Counted from the whole stretch's first letter, positions 43,990 through 54,405 are shown. The stretch: DNA of 63,964 nucleotides, filler included, from an uncultured Methanoregulaceae archaeon (GCA_964530035.1; 3 parts of 3 records of this genome joined end to end with filler, not necessarily neighbours in it); one strand, 5' to 3'. Program-made: numbers and translations. The notes: generated by a model not told the origin, from the letters alone.

Positions 43990-44976
43990 ATGAAAATCGC
44001 CATCATTGGCGCCTCCGGATATGCCGGCGGTGAACTGATCCGGCTCCTTCTTACCCATTCGAGGGCTGAGGTGGTGTGCGCCACGTCCCGGAAGCTTGCA
44101 GGCAAACCGGTGACCAGCGTCCACCCTCACCTTACCGGTTTCACGGATCTTGCCTTTTCAAACCCGGACCTTGATTCGATCGATGCAGATGTTGCCTTCC
44201 TCGCTGTTCCCCATACGGCTGGAATGGCACATGCACGACCGTTGCTTGACAAGGGGATCCGTGTCATCGACCTGTCGGCTGATTACCGGTTGAAAAAGGA
44301 GGTTTTCGAACGGGTGTACGATGTATCCCACAAGGATTATTTTGAAGCCCCGTACGGTATTCCTGAACTGCACCGGTCTGAAGTCAGGAACGCCCGGTTC
44401 GTCTCAAACCCGGGCTGCTTTCCAACCGGTGCGACCCTCGCGGCGGCCCCCCTGGCCACCCGTGCCCATACCATCATCTTCGACTCAAAGACCGGTGTTT
44501 CCGGAGCGGGAGACAACCCGTCAGCGACGACTCACTATCCCAACGTCGGGGACAACGTAGGACCATACAAGTGGACCTCGCACCGACACCTTCCCGAGAT
44601 GCAGCAGGAGGTCTCGCGTCTTGGCTCCGATGCAAAGGTCTACTTCACGCCTCACCTGGTCCCGGTGAACCGGGGCATCCTGACCACCGCCCATATCCTC
44701 CTCAAGGAACCCATGGGACAGGAGGACGCCGAACACCTGTACCGGGAGTTCTACCGGACCGAGTACTTCGTCCGTTACCAGAAGCCGGTCCTTGCTGCAG
44801 TGCGGGGGACGAACTTCTGTGACCTGCAGGTCGAGAGCGAGGGGTCAAGGGCTGTCGTGATCTCAGCTATCGACAACCTTGGAAAGGGTGCCGCCGGCCA
44901 GGCGATACAGAACATGAACATCATGTGCGGGCTCGAAGAGACCGATGGTCTCACGGGTGCGGCGGTTCTCCCCTGA
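43990..44976 (+). CDS. argC: N-acetyl-gamma-glutamyl-phosphate reductase
   Basis: [45 protein letters not shown]. Confidence 0.96.
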   Translation: MKIAIIGASGYAGGELIRLLLTHSRAEVVCATSRKLAGKPVTSVHPHLTGFTDLAFSNPDLDSIDADVAFLAVPHTAGMAHARPLLDKGIRVIDLSADYRLKKEVFERVYDVSHKDYFEAPYGIPELHRSEVRNARFVSNPGCFPTGATLAAAPLATRAHTIIFDSKTGVSGAGDNPSATTHYPNVGDNVGPYKWTSHRHLPEMQQEVSRLGSDAKVYFTPHLVPVNRGILTTAHILLKEPMGQEDAEHLYREFYRTEYFVRYQKPVLAAVRGTNFCDLQVESEGSRAVVISAIDNLGKGAAGQAIQNMNIMCGLEETDGLTGAAVLP

Positions 44977-44984
44977 GGGTCTGT

Positions 44985-45455
44985 ATGAACGTTGAAGAGA
45001 TCATGACCCGGGAACCGTTTACAATATCCCCCCGTTCCACCGTCAGGGAGGCAGCTGCTACAATGAAGAAGAACCATGTCGGCGGCCTTCCCGTGGTCGA
45101 GGGTGACCAGGTCGTCGGCATTATCACCGATTCGGATGTCCTCGGTCTCCTGAAAACCGGCGACCTCTCGCACGACCTCTGGCTCCCGTCGCCTCTTGAG
45201 ATCATCGAGGTCCCGGTCCGCGAGTTCATCAACTGGGAGCACACAAAAAAAGCGCTCTCTGACATAGGGTCCACCCTTGTCGGAGAGGTCATGAGCCACC
45301 CTGTGGCCACGATCGCTCCCGGTGCGGAGATCGAGGAGGCTGCATCGGCGATGCTCTCGAAAAAGGTCAACAGGCTTCCTGTCGTCGAGAACGGCAGACT
45401 TATCGGCATCGTAACCCGGGCAGACATCGTCGAGGGCATCGCCCGGGGTGAATAG
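44985..45455 (+). CDS. CBS domain pair protein
   Basis: Two CBS motifs (GLPVV..VGIITDSD and RLPVV..IGIVTRAD). Confidence 0.9.
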   Translation: MNVEEIMTREPFTISPRSTVREAAATMKKNHVGGLPVVEGDQVVGIITDSDVLGLLKTGDLSHDLWLPSPLEIIEVPVREFINWEHTKKALSDIGSTLVGEVMSHPVATIAPGAEIEEAASAMLSKKVNRLPVVENGRLIGIVTRADIVEGIARGE

Positions 45456-45459
45456 GGAC

Positions 45460-46611
45460 ATGAAAAGCATCTGCGGTATCCGCGGTGTGACATGCCACGG
45501 GATGAAGGAAGGCAAGTTCGGGCTCGCCCTCATACGGGCATCAGGGACGGCGGCCGGAGTATTTACCGGGAACCTGGTGAAGGCCGCCCCGGTCACCCTC
45601 ATGGAGGAGCGGATCCGGAAGGGCCGCCTCGAGGCGGTCATGGTCAACAGCGGGTGTGCGAACGCCTATACCGGCGGGAAAGGGTACCAGGACGCCGTGA
45701 GCATGGCTGAAACAGGGGCCGGATGCCTTGGCGTGGACCCTTCAGGGGTGGGAATCGCCTCGACCGGCGTCATCGGGCGTTACCTTGACCTGCCCCTGAT
45801 AAAAGCCCAGTGCGAAACCCTGGCCCCCCTCCTTTCAGGAAGTGAGGAGTCAGAAACACTCACCGCCCGCGCCATCATGACCACGGACACCTTCGAAAAA
45901 CATGCCCTTGTGGAAGGTGAGGGATTTTCAGTCGGCGGAATATGCAAGGGATCGGGGATGATCGCCCCGAACATGGGGACGATGATAGCCTGCATCTACA
46001 CCGATGCGGAGGTCCGTCCAAAGAAACTCAGGGAGGCCTTAAAGGACGCCACCCGGAGGTCATTCAACCGTGTCGTCGTTGACGGTGACACCTCCACGAA
46101 CGATGTGGCGTTCCTTGTTGCAACAGGGGAAAACGGGAAGGCACCGGGGAAGGAATTCGCAGCGGCCCTCCAGGAGTGCTGCCGGAACCTTGCCGTCCAG
46201 ATCGCTACAGACGGCGAGGGTGCGACCAAGCTCCTCGAGGTAACGGTACGGGGCGCTCCTGACGAGGAGAACGCAGCCCATGTTGCACGCACCATTATTG
46301 GTTCACCCCTGGTCAAGACCGCGATCTACGGTGAGGACCCGAACTGGGGCCGGATTATCGCTGCTGCCGGACGTGCCGGGGTGGAGTTCGACCCCTCCCG
46401 CGTGTCGATGCTCATGGGGGGCGACAGGGCCGACATCCCGGTCTTTAAAAAAGGCGAGATCGTCGTCGACCTTGCCCGGGCGAAGGCGGCCATGTCCGGG
46501 AAAAAGGTCACGGTAGACCTGGACCTCTTCTCGGGAAAGGGGAAGGCCACGGCCTGGGGGTGTGACCTCACCGAGAAGTACGTCGAGATCAACGGGAGGT
46601 ACACGACGTGA
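45460..46611 (+). CDS. argJ: Ornithine acetyltransferase / N-acetylglutamate synthase
   Basis: [49 protein letters not shown]. Confidence 0.96.
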   Translation: MKSICGIRGVTCHGMKEGKFGLALIRASGTAAGVFTGNLVKAAPVTLMEERIRKGRLEAVMVNSGCANAYTGGKGYQDAVSMAETGAGCLGVDPSGVGIASTGVIGRYLDLPLIKAQCETLAPLLSGSEESETLTARAIMTTDTFEKHALVEGEGFSVGGICKGSGMIAPNMGTMIACIYTDAEVRPKKLREALKDATRRSFNRVVVDGDTSTNDVAFLVATGENGKAPGKEFAAALQECCRNLAVQIATDGEGATKLLEVTVRGAPDEENAAHVARTIIGSPLVKTAIYGEDPNWGRIIAAAGRAGVEFDPSRVSMLMGGDRADIPVFKKGEIVVDLARAKAAMSGKKVTVDLDLFSGKGKATAWGCDLTEKYVEINGRYTT

Positions 46612-47483
46612 AGCGGGAGGACGTGCTCATGGAGGCACTTCCGTACATCCGGAAGTTCCATGGCAAGACGATGGTGATCAAGCTCGGCGGCCATGCCATG
46701 GTCGATCCAGAGATCCTCGAAAACGCCATTAAAAATGCCGTCCTCCTCCACCTCGTCGGCATCAGGGTCGTCCTCGTCCATGGCGGAGGTCCGGAAATCA
46801 CCGAGAAGATGAAGGCCCTCGGCAAGGAGCCCAGGTTTGTCGGGGGTCTCCGGATTACTGATGCAGATACCCTCGAGGTCGCACAGATGGTCCTCGTCGG
46901 AAAGATCAGCACAAATATCGTGGCGCTCATAGCAAAGGCAGGCGGTCAGGGTGTCGGGCTGTCAGGATCGGACGGCAACATGATCATCGCGAAGAGGATG
47001 GACCGGAAGAAGGTGACGATCGAAGGGAAGGAGGAAATGGTCGACCTCGGGCATGTCGGAGAGATCGAGGAGGTCAACCCGGCCCTGCTCCTGACCCTTC
47101 TGGACACGGGATACATGCCCGTGGTATCTCCGATTGCCATCGACCGCCAGGGCAACAGCCTTAATATCAACGCAGACACAGCCGCCGGGGACATCGCGAT
47201 CGCCCTTGCCGCAGAAAAGCTGATCAGTATGACCGACGTGGACGGCGTCATGAACAAGGACCGGTCGATGGTCTACCGCCGCCTGACCCTCCCGGAGATC
47301 GACGACCTGGTCTCATCGGGAGCCATCGGTGAAGGTATGATACCCAAGGTCCAGTCAGTCGAGAAGGCGGTTCTGTCAGGGGTCCCTTCGGCACACATTA
47401 TCAACGGCAACAGGGGCCACAACCTGCTTCTGGAACTGTTTACCGACGAAGGCGTCGGGACTATGATCCGTTCAGGCAGGTGA
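46608..47483 (+). CDS. argB: Acetylglutamate kinase
   Basis: VIKLGG, VHGGGP, GLRITD, NINAD, GMIPKV. Confidence 0.96.
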   Translation: MKREDVLMEALPYIRKFHGKTMVIKLGGHAMVDPEILENAIKNAVLLHLVGIRVVLVHGGGPEITEKMKALGKEPRFVGGLRITDADTLEVAQMVLVGKISTNIVALIAKAGGQGVGLSGSDGNMIIAKRMDRKKVTIEGKEEMVDLGHVGEIEEVNPALLLTLLDTGYMPVVSPIAIDRQGNSLNINADTAAGDIAIALAAEKLISMTDVDGVMNKDRSMVYRRLTLPEIDDLVSSGAIGEGMIPKVQSVEKAVLSGVPSAHIINGNRGHNLLLELFTDEGVGTMIRSGR

Positions 47484-47537
47484 ACGGGACACACATCTTT
47501 ATCGCTGAACAGGGGCGACCGTACCGTGACCTTTTGC

Positions 47538-48674
47538 ATGACACAAAAATATATCGCAGCGGCCTTATTCCTCCTCCTGCTCATCCCCTGCGGGACCTTT
47601 GCTGCATCGCAGGCGGCGGGAATGGGAGAGAACAGGACCACGCCACTCACCGTAAACTTCTTCTGGGACCATAACTGCGAGGAATGNNNNNNNNNNGAAT
47701 GCCTGAAAACCCTCCCCTTCATGACGGACTACGCGGAACGGCACCCCGGGGTCAGGGTGGAGTTCTGGGACATCTCGAGCAACTGGTCCTACCGGCAGAT
47801 GTTCGAGGATTACAAGTCGTCGTTTAACACCCCGTATACCGGGGTGCCCTCTGTCTTCATCGACGACGTCCAGATTGAAGGGTCGGACAACATCGAAAAG
47901 TACATCGATACCGTGACCGATGCAATCCTCTCGAACACGACCGTCCCGGTGATTTCAGTCACCCCTGTCCCAACAGAAAAACCGGCTGTCATCAACCAGG
48001 CCCCGGCCATGAACCCCCTGCTCCTCCTTGTTGCAGCCCTTGGTGAGGGAGCAAACCCCTGCGGACTCCTTGTCCTTGCCCTCCTCCTCGTGTCGCTCAT
48101 GGCGTCCGGTTCACGGAGGACGGTCTTCCTCGTGGGGACCTCGTTCGTCGTGTCATTTTTCGTGGTGCGGCTCCTATCAGGTTTCGCCCTCTTTTCCGTC
48201 ATCCAGATGCCAGGAGTATCCAGGGCTTTTGCCATTGCCGCGGGTATCATAGCCCTTGTTTTCGGTATCATCCAGATCAAGGACGGCCTTGCCGGGCGAA
48301 AGGGCGTCCTTTCAATTCCCGAATCGAAAAAAGGTCTTTTCGCAGGCTATATCGCGAAAGCGAGTGTCCCGGCAGGAATAATCCTTGGAGTCCTGACAGG
48401 CATCTACGGGATGGCATGCACGGCCGGGATCTACATCGCCATCCTGGGGATGCTCGGGAACAGCGTTACCGCGGGAACTGGTCTGGTGTATCTTGTGGTC
48501 TACAACCTGATCGTCGTCATACCCCTGATCGCCATCGTGCTCCTGGTGTTCTTCGGGCTTTCCGCGGAAAAACTGAGTGGATGGCGAGAGGAGCAGAAGG
48601 GCTTTCTCCGCATCATTGTAGGCGTCATCATGGTCATCATGGGGATTTATCTCCTGGTAACCAGGCTGTTGTGA
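47538..48674 (+). CDS. Thioredoxin/glutaredoxin-like domain fused to CcdA/DsbD-type membrane domain
   Basis: Signal peptide. CEEC is obtained by collapsing the duplicated GAATG across the N gap. GVPSVFI, then TM domain with NPC and ACTAGIY. Confidence 0.8.
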   Translation: MTQKYIAAALFLLLLIPCGTFAASQAAGMGENRTTPLTVNFFWDHNCEEXXXXECLKTLPFMTDYAERHPGVRVEFWDISSNWSYRQMFEDYKSSFNTPYTGVPSVFIDDVQIEGSDNIEKYIDTVTDAILSNTTVPVISVTPVPTEKPAVINQAPAMNPLLLLVAALGEGANPCGLLVLALLLVSLMASGSRRTVFLVGTSFVVSFFVVRLLSGFALFSVIQMPGVSRAFAIAAGIIALVFGIIQIKDGLAGRKGVLSIPESKKGLFAGYIAKASVPAGIILGVLTGIYGMACTAGIYIAILGMLGNSVTAGTGLVYLVVYNLIVVIPLIAIVLLVFFGLSAEKLSGWREEQKGFLRIIVGVIMVIMGIYLLVTRLL

Positions 48675-48678
48675 TGTG

Positions 48679-48963
48679 TCAGGGGAGGTTTCCCTCCCCG
48701 AAACACTCATGTTGCCTCTCTTCTGACATCTCGATCAGGATTTTGAAGACCTCCTGCGCAAAGACCGGATTGATCTTCTGTTCAACGGCCTGGTCGAAGG
48801 CCCGGCTGAGGACTTCGCGGGTACGTGCGGCGTCGTGGACCGGGAGGCCTTCCCGCGCTTTTTCCCGGGCTATCTTTCCTGCTATCTGTTGTCGTTTTGC
48901 TATCAGGCCGATGATTTTCGAGTCGATGGTATCTATTTCTTTCCTGAGTTCGCCGAGGGTCAT
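48679..48963 (-). CDS. Chorismate mutase (AroQ type II)
   Basis: LGELRKEIDTIDSKIIGLIAKR..K..P.HDAAR...SEERQ. Confidence 0.9.
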   Translation of the reverse strand: MTLGELRKEIDTIDSKIIGLIAKRQQIAGKIAREKAREGLPVHDAARTREVLSRAFDQAVEQKINPVFAQEVFKILIEMSEERQHECFGEGNLP

Positions 48964-49107
48964 ACCAGTACTTCGGAGGCGTCACCAAAAATACATGGGG
49001 GATGAGTTGGCCCATGGGCTCTCCTCCGGTGAACGGCGTCAAGACGTGCTCCCTTCTTCAGGTGTCTGCGTGAGGTACAAATAGGCGCCAGACGGAACCC
49101 TTGTATC

Positions 49108-50361
49108 ATGGAGAGTAGTGAGGCCCGGGAACCTGAACTTCAGGGAATGCTCCGGAGCAGTCCCAGGACCCCTGGAATGGTGCGGGCCTTCTGCCGGGAT
49201 TACTTTTTCTCGCGGAAAAACGGCTTTGAACTACTGGATGCCCCGGACCCCTTTCTGGCATGGCTTATCAGCCTGCTCCATGGGAGCCCAGTCCCCGCAC
49301 CCGACTTTTCGGACGAAACCTGGAGTTCTCTTCTGGCACTGCTCGCGCCTCACGGGGTCCTGGCGTATCTGTCTCATCTGGTCTCACAGGCACCTCATGA
49401 CAGCCGCCCGCCGGGTTTCATTGTCGAAAAACTGAAACACAGCTATATCTGGAGCAGCTATCACACCGAACACGCCCTGAAACAGTCTGCGGAGGTCTGT
49501 GCCTCCTGCAGGGAGGAAGGGGTGAACGTTCTGGTCATGAAAAGCCCTGCCATCGGTCTTGCAGTATATCCCAACGCCGCATTACGGACCGGGGGCGACA
49601 TTGACGTCCTGGTCTCGCCTGACCAGTATGAAACCTGTAAAAAAGTCCTCCTTGAGCAGGGGTACGAGCTCCGGTACGATACCTTCAGGGTCATGCCGGA
49701 GTTCTACCATCATGCCTGCTATTTTCCCCCCGATGAACCATACAAGGTGATTGAACTCCACTGGCGCCCCGTATTTCTCCCGGGGCCGGGTGATAGTGTA
49801 TCTGCCAGGGACCTCCTGGCCAGGTCCGGTCCACTACCGACCCGGTACGGGGAAATCAGGGCTTTTGACCCGGTTGATGCCTTTTTCTACTGTGCAATCC
49901 ACATGAGCCTCTTTCATGAGCCGGTGCTGCGGCTCTCGTGGGTCTGTGACATCACCCGTTTTGCCGATGAAATAACCCGACGCGGGGTATGGCCTGATGT
50001 GCTCAGGCGCAGCACGGAATGGCAGGGGAGAAGCGCTGCCGAACGTGCCAGCGGGCTTGCAGGCCAGTGGACAGGACTGCAACTACCGGAGAAGTACGAC
50101 TTTTCATCCTGGCCCGTCCAGGGGGACAATGAAATCTTTGCACAAGAACACATGGAGAGGAGACGGGCAGGAAAGGAGTTTCTCCTCAACCAGATACTCG
50201 CGAGGACTCCAAAGATTCGAAACAAGGTGCGGGCTACGTACCACTGGATGTTCAGGCCTGACCTTATCCATGACGGCAACCCGGGACTGTCCAGGTGGAA
50301 ATACCCATCGGCGTATGCACGACAGTTTTATTCCAATTTTAGGCAGATACGATGGGAATGA
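49108..50361 (+). CDS. Nucleotidyltransferase family protein (NTP_transf_5-like)
   Basis: MKSPAIGLAVYP..LRTGGDIDVLV (DxD), IELHW, H..LRLSWVCD. Confidence 0.85.
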   Translation: MESSEAREPELQGMLRSSPRTPGMVRAFCRDYFFSRKNGFELLDAPDPFLAWLISLLHGSPVPAPDFSDETWSSLLALLAPHGVLAYLSHLVSQAPHDSRPPGFIVEKLKHSYIWSSYHTEHALKQSAEVCASCREEGVNVLVMKSPAIGLAVYPNAALRTGGDIDVLVSPDQYETCKKVLLEQGYELRYDTFRVMPEFYHHACYFPPDEPYKVIELHWRPVFLPGPGDSVSARDLLARSGPLPTRYGEIRAFDPVDAFFYCAIHMSLFHEPVLRLSWVCDITRFADEITRRGVWPDVLRRSTEWQGRSAAERASGLAGQWTGLQLPEKYDFSSWPVQGDNEIFAQEHMERRRAGKEFLLNQILARTPKIRNKVRATYHWMFRPDLIHDGNPGLSRWKYPSAYARQFYSNFRQIRWE

Positions 50362-50455
50362 CCGGTTCCGGTTATCATACAACCAATCATCCGGGTTCAT
50401 CCTCTCGATCGAAAAGAGCCGGGTAAGGATTAAATCGTATATGAAAAGGCAATTT

Positions 50456-50761
50456 TCAGGCCCTGACTACCATGTTCCTCTTTGCGAGTTCTTCAACGAT
50501 ACCAAGCACGTCTTTTTCGATTTGTCCAGAAGGGTCATCGAATTCTTCCCGGAGGTCGGATGCAACCTCACCCAACCTTTTTTTTCCGTCGAGTTTTGAC
50601 CAGATGGCCCTGCCCGTTTCATTCAACGTGTAAATCTCGTCCTCCATGTCACCGATGCCGGAGGTAATCGGGATGAGAATAAACTCGCCCATAATCTCCC
50701 GGGCTACGAGATCTTCAGAAGGAAGGAAACAGTCATCGGGGGTCGGTCCGTGGTATTCCAT
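50456..50761 (-). CDS. PqqD family RiPP recognition element (stand-alone RRE)
   Basis: VAREIMGEFILIP..IYTLNETGRAIWSKLDG..L.EEF...IEKDV..VEEL. Confidence 0.92.
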   Translation of the reverse strand: MEYHGPTPDDCFLPSEDLVAREIMGEFILIPITSGIGDMEDEIYTLNETGRAIWSKLDGKKRLGEVASDLREEFDDPSGQIEKDVLGIVEELAKRNMVVRA

Positions 50762-51036
50762 GACAACATTCCATGGGTGTTTTCAGGTCATGAGGGTTTC
50801 CCGTAATGGCGTTGCATGCGGTGACAGTTAGGGAATACCCCGGTTGAGCCCACCCGGGACACGAATCCCTGTTTTAGGGGCAGGTTTACGAAGGCTGCCC
50901 CTTCACTTGACCAGGCACTCTTAAAGGAATTTCAATTCTGTTTGTACGCTGGCTGTAAAAAGAAAAGATGAATGCTCTGTCTTAACTTCGTGCCACAACA
51001 TGGCTGGAACGGCGCGTCCCAAGAACTTTTTTTCTC

Positions 51037-51210
51037 TTATGATGTGGTTACCCCGGAGCAATCCGGACAATCCTGTCCGACGCCGCGGCATACATCCACA
51101 TCATTGCTCGGGCCGCTCATGGCACCCCCTTTGCAGACTGCCAACACCAGTTCCTCCCGCGTTCCTCTCACAAGAACCGTCAGCTCAGGTCTTGTCCATT
51201 CCCTTTTCAT
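51037..51210 (-). CDS. Putative RiPP precursor peptide (57 aa)
   Basis: GGTGA RBS just upstream of the ATG. Sequence MKREWTRPELTVLVRGTREELVLAVCKGGAMSGPSNDVDVCRGVGQDCPDCSGVTTS. Lies between a radical SAM gene and PqqD. Confidence 0.85.
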   Translation of the reverse strand: MKREWTRPELTVLVRGTREELVLAVCKGGAMSGPSNDVDVCRGVGQDCPDCSGVTTS

Positions 51211-51236
51211 GATCACCAAATACCAAAGAGCAATAT

Positions 51237-52448
51237 TTATACTTTTCTGGAGAGCCTGAATAACTTGGTCCTGTTTTCCCAGTCATTAACTTCATAGGCC
51301 ATCTCCCCATCCTTCAGCAGGCCAAGATCCAGGGCCCTGGCGTGGGCTACCCGGCAGAGGTAATCTACAGGGGTGTCAAGGGTCCCGTTTTCAGTATATG
51401 ACCTGGCAGGACATTGTCCGCAAAGGCTTTTAATGAAACACCGGGCGCACCGTCTGAGATACTCTGGGTTTTTTGCCTTTTTCATACGTATTTTTGGAAA
51501 GAAATCTGTGATTGCATCACGAAACGTTCCCTTGGCAAGGTCATAAACCATTTCGGGGTCCCTGAGCATAAGACATGGCTGTAACCTGCCGTATGCATCA
51601 ACACATGGACGGGACCCTGCTCCACAGGAAAAGAGATCGTCTCCGGGCGGGCTTAAGAATTTCCGGATGAATTGCTTCATCTCGGCAAGATACCGCTCCC
51701 TGTCGAGGGAAAGGGCCGCTATGACATCGCTTGGGGGAAGCCGGAGTTTCTCAATAACCCCGTTTTTCGCAGGAAAATCCCGGCGGCAGCGCAGGTCAAG
51801 CGTTACAACAAAGTTCGGAGGACTTGCCATCGATGGAATTTTTACAGCCCATTTTATGAGTTCAGCGGCTTCGCTGGCATTCTGGGGCAGGACAACTCCT
51901 TTTACCACGAACGGAACTTTCCTGTCTGCAAGGAGCTCCAGTCCCCTCATGAATTCGTTATACGAACCCTTGACAAGGGATACCGTCTCATACGACTCCC
52001 GGGTCATTCCATAGACCGTTATCTCGATATCTTCACGAGGTGGCACCCGTGCCAGGAGATCTGCAATGGCTGGTGTAATAAGCCTGGCATTGGTAAAAAT
52101 CGTCACTTTCAATCCCAGTTTCCGGGCGAAGAGGTAGAGTTCGGTAAAATCGTCCCGGAGAAGTGGTTCACCCCCCGTGAAACGTACCATGAGAGCTCCC
52201 AGTTCTGCTGCGTCCGCTAGGATGCTTTTCAGTTGCACAGTGGACGATTCCCTCCGGGCAGCTTCATCATCTTCCGCGAGGTTGATACAGCAGTGGATGC
52301 ACCTGTTGTTGCACCGCTCGGTCAATTCAATATCAAAACGCGTGAGCAAGGGTCGATTCCCTCTCCAGATACGATAACCCGTTCTGTCAACGACCCTTGC
52401 ATAATGAGGCGGACTCGTACCGGACATTTCTTCTCCGTTAAGAGTCAT
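51237..52448 (-). CDS. Radical SAM/SPASM peptide maturase
   Basis: CNNRCIHC, TGGEPLLR, SPASM CGAG..QPC..CARCFIKSLCGQC..YLC. Confidence 0.93.
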   Translation of the reverse strand: MTLNGEEMSGTSPPHYARVVDRTGYRIWRGNRPLLTRFDIELTERCNNRCIHCCINLAEDDEAARRESSTVQLKSILADAAELGALMVRFTGGEPLLRDDFTELYLFARKLGLKVTIFTNARLITPAIADLLARVPPREDIEITVYGMTRESYETVSLVKGSYNEFMRGLELLADRKVPFVVKGVVLPQNASEAAELIKWAVKIPSMASPPNFVVTLDLRCRRDFPAKNGVIEKLRLPPSDVIAALSLDRERYLAEMKQFIRKFLSPPGDDLFSCGAGSRPCVDAYGRLQPCLMLRDPEMVYDLAKGTFRDAITDFFPKIRMKKAKNPEYLRRCARCFIKSLCGQCPARSYTENGTLDTPVDYLCRVAHARALDLGLLKDGEMAYEVNDWENRTKLFRLSRKV

Positions 52449-54405
52449 TAAGACAGTCTTTGACTATTTCTATTTCCTTGACGATAGTGCCACTCCTGTC
52501 AAAATCAAGAATAAAAAATGGGATTTTTCTTACAGTCTCTTCTAAAAGCGCAGTCGTCGTCTCCCACCAGTCTGGAGTAGCCATGGGCCTGATGATACAC
52601 CCGAGGAGATGCTTGAATGCAACCCCGGTTTCTTCCACACGCGTGATGCGGTTTTCTGCTGACTGCCTTAACAAAAAGACTGCGGCCAGGGGGGCAGAAG
52701 ATGAAGATATAAGGGGGATTTCCCCATGACACCAGCTGCCATAGACCCTGAATTCCTGGCCTTCTTTTCTGATAATGTTCCTATCGTCGCAAAGGACAGT
52801 TGCACTGTCCTTGAGCATCCTCGTAATTGTTGATTTTCCTGCCCCAGAATGCCCTATGAAAAGCAGACCTTTTCCATCAAGGATCACGCCAGCCGAATGG
52901 ACCATGCACGCCTCCCGGGTTGCAAGGATGCGGGCAAGGAGGACCTGGTCCGTGGGCAGCATCGTCAGGGAATGAAGACCGTATTTCAGGTAGTCCTCAC
53001 TGCCTGCATGGTAGAACTCGCCAACCGAGTGATCGTCATTGAAAATGGCAACGGTAAGAGGCGAATTATCACCTGCCGACGGGGATGTTAATACATAAAT
53101 CCAGCCTGCGCCTCTCCTGAAAATAATCCAGGGAGATTTCCGGTACACCTCGGTACCAAGGTTCCCGGCATCCAGGTGAGGCAATTCGAAATGGTGCCTG
53201 ATCGTGATGATGTCGTTTCCAGGGCCTGATACCTGGAATGTTTTGAACTTTGGGTCAAACGTTTTATCCGTAAAGGGGAGGTCTGATTCAACCTGGAGCG
53301 TTATGTTGGCTACCTGGAAATAGCGGCGACGGGTATTTACCCATTCCCTCTTTAAAGCTGCGGCTTCTCTTGCAATCCTGCAGAGATAATCAACCCTGGA
53401 CCCGTAAGTGCCATTTTCAAGGTAACTGTATACCGCACACCACCGACAGACATCTCGCATTGAACAAAACTGGCATGTTTCTGCATACTCATGTCCCCCC
53501 CTGATTTTATCCGCGAGTGATGGGATGAAAGTCTCCCAGGCTTCTTTTATGGTCCCCGATCGGAGGTCGTACCGCATCGCCGGGTCCTTGATATAACTGC
53601 AGAAGGACATTGCCCCATAGGGGTCGATATGAAATGCTTTCCTTAATCCGATGCAAACTGCAAAAAGACGGTCATCCTTTTTTTGCGCCTCATCAAGCGC
53701 CCTGTAGCCATAACGTTCCTCGAATGAAAAGTCAGGTGTGTCCAGTTTGAGAACCCAATCAGGGTCAAGTCTCTGCGTTTGGATTTCGGCATTCCTTGCA
53801 GGCGAACCTGATGAAGACATGAATAACCACGGTGCACCGATCCGCCAGTGAGGGCTCAATGACTCTGCCAGTCTCACCATGTCGTCGTACTGGTGACAGT
53901 TGTCCTTCATTGCAACGATTTGGACTATGAACCCCGCCCCGGCCTCTTTTAGCATCGAAAACCCTTTCATCATCGCATCAAACGAACCAGGTCGCCGGGT
54001 GATATGGTCATGGACATTGGCCGTCGCTCCGTACATAGAGACCATTTTGGTCCCCTTTCTCTTCATGAGACGGGCAATTTCAGGGGTGATGAGTGTCCCA
54101 TTCGTATTGAGTGAGTAGGAAGCCGACCTGTCGGTGATATATTCAAACAACTCCGGGAAGTCCGGCCGGAGCATGGGTTCGCCTCCTGATATCTCCCACT
54201 TACGGCACCCCATTGCCCTTGCCTGGTCAACGATATCCTTGATTTCTTCCGTCGTAAGCTTCTTCGCCGGCTCGGTATCCCCTGAGGGCTCCTTGAGCCA
54301 GCAGTGGCGGCAGTTGTTGTTACAGCGGTAGGTAAGGTCTATTCTTCCCTTCAACGGTAATCGTGGAACAACGGGAACTTTTCGGTAATTGATATAACCT
54401 GGCAT
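52438..54405 (-). CDS. Radical SAM/SPASM maturase fused to a C-terminal HPr-kinase-like P-loop domain
   Basis: CNNNCRHC, SGGEPMLR, CQFCSMRDVCRWC..YLC, then VHSAGV..GHSGAGKST..CDDR. Start placed after a GGAGG RBS. Confidence 0.9.
   Translation of the reverse strand: MPGYINYRKVPVVPRLPLKGRIDLTYRCNNNCRHCWLKEPSGDTEPAKKLTTEEIKDIVDQARAMGCRKWEISGGEPMLRPDFPELFEYITDRSASYSLNTNGTLITPEIARLMKRKGTKMVSMYGATANVHDHITRRPGSFDAMMKGFSMLKEAGAGFIVQIVAMKDNCHQYDDMVRLAESLSPHWRIGAPWLFMSSSGSPARNAEIQTQRLDPDWVLKLDTPDFSFEERYGYRALDEAQKKDDRLFAVCIGLRKAFHIDPYGAMSFCSYIKDPAMRYDLRSGTIKEAWETFIPSLADKIRGGHEYAETCQFCSMRDVCRWCAVYSYLENGTYGSRVDYLCRIAREAAALKREWVNTRRRYFQVANITLQVESDLPFTDKTFDPKFKTFQVSGPGNDIITIRHHFELPHLDAGNLGTEVYRKSPWIIFRRGAGWIYVLTSPSAGDNSPLTVAIFNDDHSVGEFYHAGSEDYLKYGLHSLTMLPTDQVLLARILATREACMVHSAGVILDGKGLLFIGHSGAGKSTITRMLKDSATVLCDDRNIIRKEGQEFRVYGSWCHGEIPLISSSSAPLAAVFLLRQSAENRITRVEETGVAFKHLLGCIIRPMATPDWWETTTALLEETVRKIPFFILDFDRSGTIVKEIEIVKDCLNDS

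Noticed and set aside
44985..45455. CBS protein inside the arg operon as a novel regulator
   Set aside because: I recall this order as a common arrangement in methanogens, and nothing in this sequence marks it as unusual.
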